DNA of 29,089 nucleotides from a virus (Duplodnaviria; Heunggongvirae; Uroviricota; Caudoviricetes): IMG/VR virus record IMGVR_UViG_2529292726_000018, positions 1 to 29,089 of that record; one strand, 5' to 3'. Shown piece by piece: positions 26,897 to 29,089 of this stretch (position 1 is its first letter; each line of letters starts with the position of its first letter). The notes under the pieces were generated by a model. It saw only the letters and a program-made list of their open reading frames with translations, ran no database searches and was not told where the DNA came from. The position numbers and the translations under genes were made by a program.

Positions 26897-26917
26897 TGTA
26901 ACGCTCGCAGCGTTACA
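26897..26917. repeat. Palindrome copy 3: TGTAACGC-tcgca-GCGTTACA
   Basis: Perfect 8 bp inverted arms with a 5 bp spacer, immediately upstream of the initiator SD and start codon. Confidence 0.8.
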
Positions 26918-26961
26918 TTTAACTGATACCGAACAAAACAGTTCGGTACGATTAATTTCAA

Positions 26962-27384
26962 TCAATGCACTACGACAGAATCGCTAGGAGAACCGCCGCC
27001 GCTGAAATGTGCTTTACGGTAAACGGCCTGGACTGCATCATCATGCGCATCAATTGCCGTACTCAGTGCATCCTGTGCCGCCAGTAATGCACGGCGTTCC
27101 AGGGTATCGAAGATGCAGAGTCGGTGACGCAGCTCGCGAGGAAGAATTGCCAGAACCGCAGGGATCAGTTTCTGAATTTTTTCCCTTTGCGCATTCGTTT
27201 CACCTTTCAACCAACGATGATAGATATTCTGCTGATTGTTCCAGTCCTTGCCTGGTACCAGGGGCAATTCGCCGCCCCCCTGGTGCAGATATTCTTCAGT
27301 AATTGCGTTAGCGACCCACGCCTGCCCTTTTTCGGCTGCCAGGGCTAACAACACTGATTCGATGTGCTCATGCTTGATTTTCAT
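26962..27384 (-). CDS. YdaT-like protein (lambda cII position)
   Basis: 140 aa, coupled to the Cro-like gene by an ATGA overlap. Same position and size as Rac prophage YdaT. Assigned by synteny and size only. Confidence 0.45.
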   Translation of the reverse strand: MKIKHEHIESVLLALAAEKGQAWVANAITEEYLHQGGGELPLVPGKDWNNQQNIYHRWLKGETNAQREKIQKLIPAVLAILPRELRHRLCIFDTLERRALLAAQDALSTAIDAHDDAVQAVYRKAHFSGGGSPSDSVVVH

Positions 27385-27635
27385 GAATCAACTCCCATCA
27401 GCTTTTTCGTAGTAGTTTTATTTCTGCCAATAGTTAAAATTGCATCGGCAGAAAATAATCCGTTTGATGCATGAGCGATTTTTTCAGCGTAATTTGTTTC
27501 GCCGGTATATTCTGTGCGAGGCAATTTTCCGTTATCCATCCATTTGTAGATTGCTCTTTGGCTGACACCACAAACGTCGGCCACAACAGAAACGCGAACA
27601 GTTTTGATTACATCTTCAAGTGTTTTCTGGTTCAT
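27381..27635 (-). CDS. Cro-like HTH protein (YdaS-like)
   Basis: 84 aa from ATG 27635 with SD GAGGA. HTH segment VADVCGVSQRAIYKWMDNGKLP. Divergent from the repressor gene. Confidence 0.65.
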   Translation of the reverse strand: MNQKTLEDVIKTVRVSVVADVCGVSQRAIYKWMDNGKLPRTEYTGETNYAEKIAHASNGLFSADAILTIGRNKTTTKKLMGVDS

Positions 27636-27714
27636 ATCATCCTCACAATGTGAACTTTGAGTACATGCTATAACAGAACTGACAGTACATTCAAGAGCGA
27701 ATATCATTGAACTT
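27636..27714. promoter_or_regulatory. Divergent promoter/operator region between the Cro-like and repressor genes
   Basis: 79 bp gap containing AGTACAT at 27660-27666 and 27684-27690, TGAACTT at 27651-27657 and 27708-27714, and an imperfect 19 bp palindrome ATGTGAACTTTGAGTACAT. Confidence 0.6.
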
Positions 27715-28134
27715 ATGGTTCATGAAGATAAAGCGCGTAAAGAGTTCGCCAGTAGGCTTGCGCTAGCCTGTGAAAACGCTGGTTATGAACAACATGGAAG
27801 GCAGGCAGAAATTGCCCGTCGAATGAAATTAACACCAAAAGCGGTTAGCAAATGGTTTAATGGTGAAACAATTCCTCGCCGAGAGAAATTAAGGGAATTA
27901 GCAACACTCATTGGAACAACACCAACCTATCTTTTGGGAGAGGATACAGAAGAAAGTGGACAGATACGTTTCTATCAGGAGTTAAATCCAAGACAAAAAA
28001 TCATCATTGACCTTCTGGACGAGCTCCCTGACAGTGAGACAGATGAACTTTTAAAAACTCTTGAGGAGAAAAAACAGAAGTACAATGCAATTTACGAAGA
28101 GTTAGCACGAAAGAAAAAACAAAAAGCCTCTTAA
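27715..28134 (+). CDS. Phage repressor, XRE-family HTH (RacR-like; no S24 peptidase domain)
   Basis: 139 aa with HTH EIARRMKLTPKAVSKWFNGETIP; C-terminus is acidic and Lys-rich with no Ser/Lys autocleavage motifs. No SD before the ATG, so the mRNA may be leaderless like lambda cI from pRM. Confidence 0.8.
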   Translation: MVHEDKARKEFASRLALACENAGYEQHGRQAEIARRMKLTPKAVSKWFNGETIPRREKLRELATLIGTTPTYLLGEDTEESGQIRFYQELNPRQKIIIDLLDELPDSETDELLKTLEEKKQKYNAIYEELARKKKQKAS

Positions 28135-28199
28135 ACCAGCATAAATCCGGTAGCGTCCCCCTCCGGGTTTGTGCTTCACTTTATCCCGTCTCATTTTTT

Positions 28200-28255
28200 T
28201 ATACATAAAATGTACTTAAAGTACTTTACAATGATGAACACAAAGTACATTATAT
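28200..28255. promoter_or_regulatory. Candidate left operator/promoter downstream of the repressor gene
   Basis: ATGTACT at 28210-28216 (reverse complement of AGTACAT), AGTACT at 28220-28225 and AGTACAT at 28244-28250; the same motif family as in the 27636-27714 region. Confidence 0.45.
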
Positions 28256-28421
28256 ACCTACCAACCCACCCCGCCCCACAGAACGCCGGGCAATACTTCG
28301 AGTTACCAGGCAGTGGTCAGGGGTTAAGTAGCCAGCCCGAGGCGTATGAACATGACGGCGGGATTCAAATTTTGCAGTGCAGCAGTTAGTTCCGCCACCC
28401 GGCGTTAAGGGGATAGATAAG

Positions 28422-28556
28422 ATGGTGCATTACGAAGTAGTTCAGTATTTGATGGATTGTTGCGGTATCACTTACAACCAGGCTGTGCAGGCTTTACGCA
28501 GCAACGACTGGGATCTCTGGCAGGCAGAAGTCGCTATACGTAGCAACAAGATGTGA
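28422..28556 (+). CDS. Small early-left protein (44 aa, YdaG-like?)
   Basis: ATG 28422 with a purine-rich SD. MVHYEVVQYLMDCCGITYNQAVQALRSNDWDLWQAEVAIRSNKM. First of a tightly packed run of small ORFs. Below the track cutoff. Confidence 0.45.
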   Translation: MVHYEVVQYLMDCCGITYNQAVQALRSNDWDLWQAEVAIRSNKM

Positions 28557-28566
28557 GATTCGCAAA

Positions 28567-28722
28567 ATGCAAAAAATCGACCTCGGCAACAACGAATCCC
28601 TGGTGTGCGGCGTGTTCCCCAACCAGGATGGAACGTTCACTGCCATGACGTATACCAAAAGCAAAACGTTTAAAACCGAAAATGGTGCCCGTCGCTGGCT
28701 GGAAAGAAACTCAGGGGAGTGA
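28567..28722 (+). CDS. Small early-left protein (51 aa, YdaF-like?)
   Basis: MQKIDLGNNESLVCGVFPNQDGTFTAMTYTKSKTFKTENGARRWLERNSGE. Its stop is 1 nt before the next ATG. Confidence 0.45.
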   Translation: MQKIDLGNNESLVCGVFPNQDGTFTAMTYTKSKTFKTENGARRWLERNSGE

Positions 28723-28723
28723 T

Positions 28724-28852
28724 ATGGATTTCGACACAATCATGGAAAAGGCTTACGAAGAATACTTCGAAGGCCTTGCCAAAGGCGAAGAAGCTCTCAG
28801 CTTCAGTGAGTTTATACAGGCGCTTTCCAGCCCGGCAAAATCTAACGGCTGA
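28724..28852 (+). CDS. Small early-left protein (42 aa)
   Basis: SD GGGGA then ATG 28724. MDFDTIMEKAYEEYFEGLAKGEEALSFSEFIQALSSPAKSNG; acidic. Confidence 0.4.
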   Translation: MDFDTIMEKAYEEYFEGLAKGEEALSFSEFIQALSSPAKSNG

Positions 28853-28881
28853 TAAGCGAAGCAGCACCGCGAGGAATCAGT

Positions 28882-29089
28882 ATGCAGAAACGAGAACCCG
28901 TCATCATCGCGCCAGACTATACCGATGATGAACTTTATGAGTGGATGCACCAGAAAATTAAGGCTGCGCAGGACCTGAAATGGGCCAATGAAGCCAGGGC
29001 TAAGCAGGCTGAAAATCTGTCCGCTCTGGAGCAGGATATCACCAGGCTGGAAAAAGCAGCGGCATTAAGCATTGCCAGAATGATTACAT
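28882..29089 (+). CDS. Early-left hypothetical protein, 5' part (runs off the window end)
   Basis: SD GAGGA then ATG 28882. MQKREPVIIAPDYTDDELYEWMHQKIKAAQDLKWANEARAKQAENLSALEQDITRLEKAAALSIARMIT...; frame still open at 29089. Confidence 0.45.
   Translation, partial: MQKREPVIIAPDYTDDELYEWMHQKIKAAQDLKWANEARAKQAENLSALEQDITRLEKAAALSIARMIT

Larger units (their letters stand above)
1..29089. mobile_element. Internal segment of a lambdoid (mosaic) prophage; both ends lie outside the window
   Basis: Canonical lambdoid gene order on one strand (immunity, replication, Nin-like, Q position, lysis, terminase, portal, head, tail). Tail proteins L and M are recognisably lambda-like. No integrase or att site in the window. 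Confidence 0.85.

Noticed and set aside
28171-28389. 72 aa plus-strand ORF after the repressor
   Set aside because: Low-complexity translation with no SD, covering the operator-like motif cluster and a structured leader; more likely regulatory DNA than a gene.
28719-28928. 69 aa plus-strand ORF
   Set aside because: Overlaps, in a different frame, two SD-preceded small ORFs (28724-28852 and 28882 onward) that fit a coupled operon better; its translation is Arg/Ser-rich.
1-29089. Search for CRISPR arrays, IS elements or transposases, tRNA genes, integrase and att sites
   Set aside because: No regularly spaced direct repeats, no transposase-like ORF or terminal inverted repeats, no tRNA-like cloverleaf candidates and no integrase were seen; the prophage ends are presumably outside the window.

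Overview
This 29 kb window looks like one contiguous segment of a lambdoid (mosaic) prophage of an Escherichia-like enterobacterium, with nearly every gene on the minus strand. Reading right to left: a Rac-type immunity switch (HTH repressor at 27715-28134 diverging from a Cro-like/YdaT-like pair), replication genes (initiator plus DnaC-like loader), a Nin-like region interrupted by accessory genes (a hok-type toxin and a convergent KilA-N gene), a Q-position gene followed by a tR'-like terminator, an AT-rich AraC-family regulator, a lysis cassette (two membrane proteins, T5-like M15 endolysin, lipoprotein), an accessory block, then terminase, portal, Mu-F-like head protein, scaffold, capsid, connector proteins and a lambda-like tail (V/G-T/H/M/L/K). 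The best candidate for an undescribed system is the accessory block between lysis and terminase (15147-17518): a ParB-like protein translationally coupled to a protein with GT-A glycosyltransferase hallmarks, plus two small proteins. Other points of interest are a textbook A_AAA_AAG -1 frameshift site in the tail chaperone genes, three copies of a 7-5-7 palindrome (GTAACGC-N5-GCGTTAC) at the replication initiator, and intrinsic terminators inside the late operon. All calls rest on reading the sequence and recalled family knowledge; no database search was run, so family names are hypotheses. No CRISPR array, IS element, tRNA or attachment site was seen.
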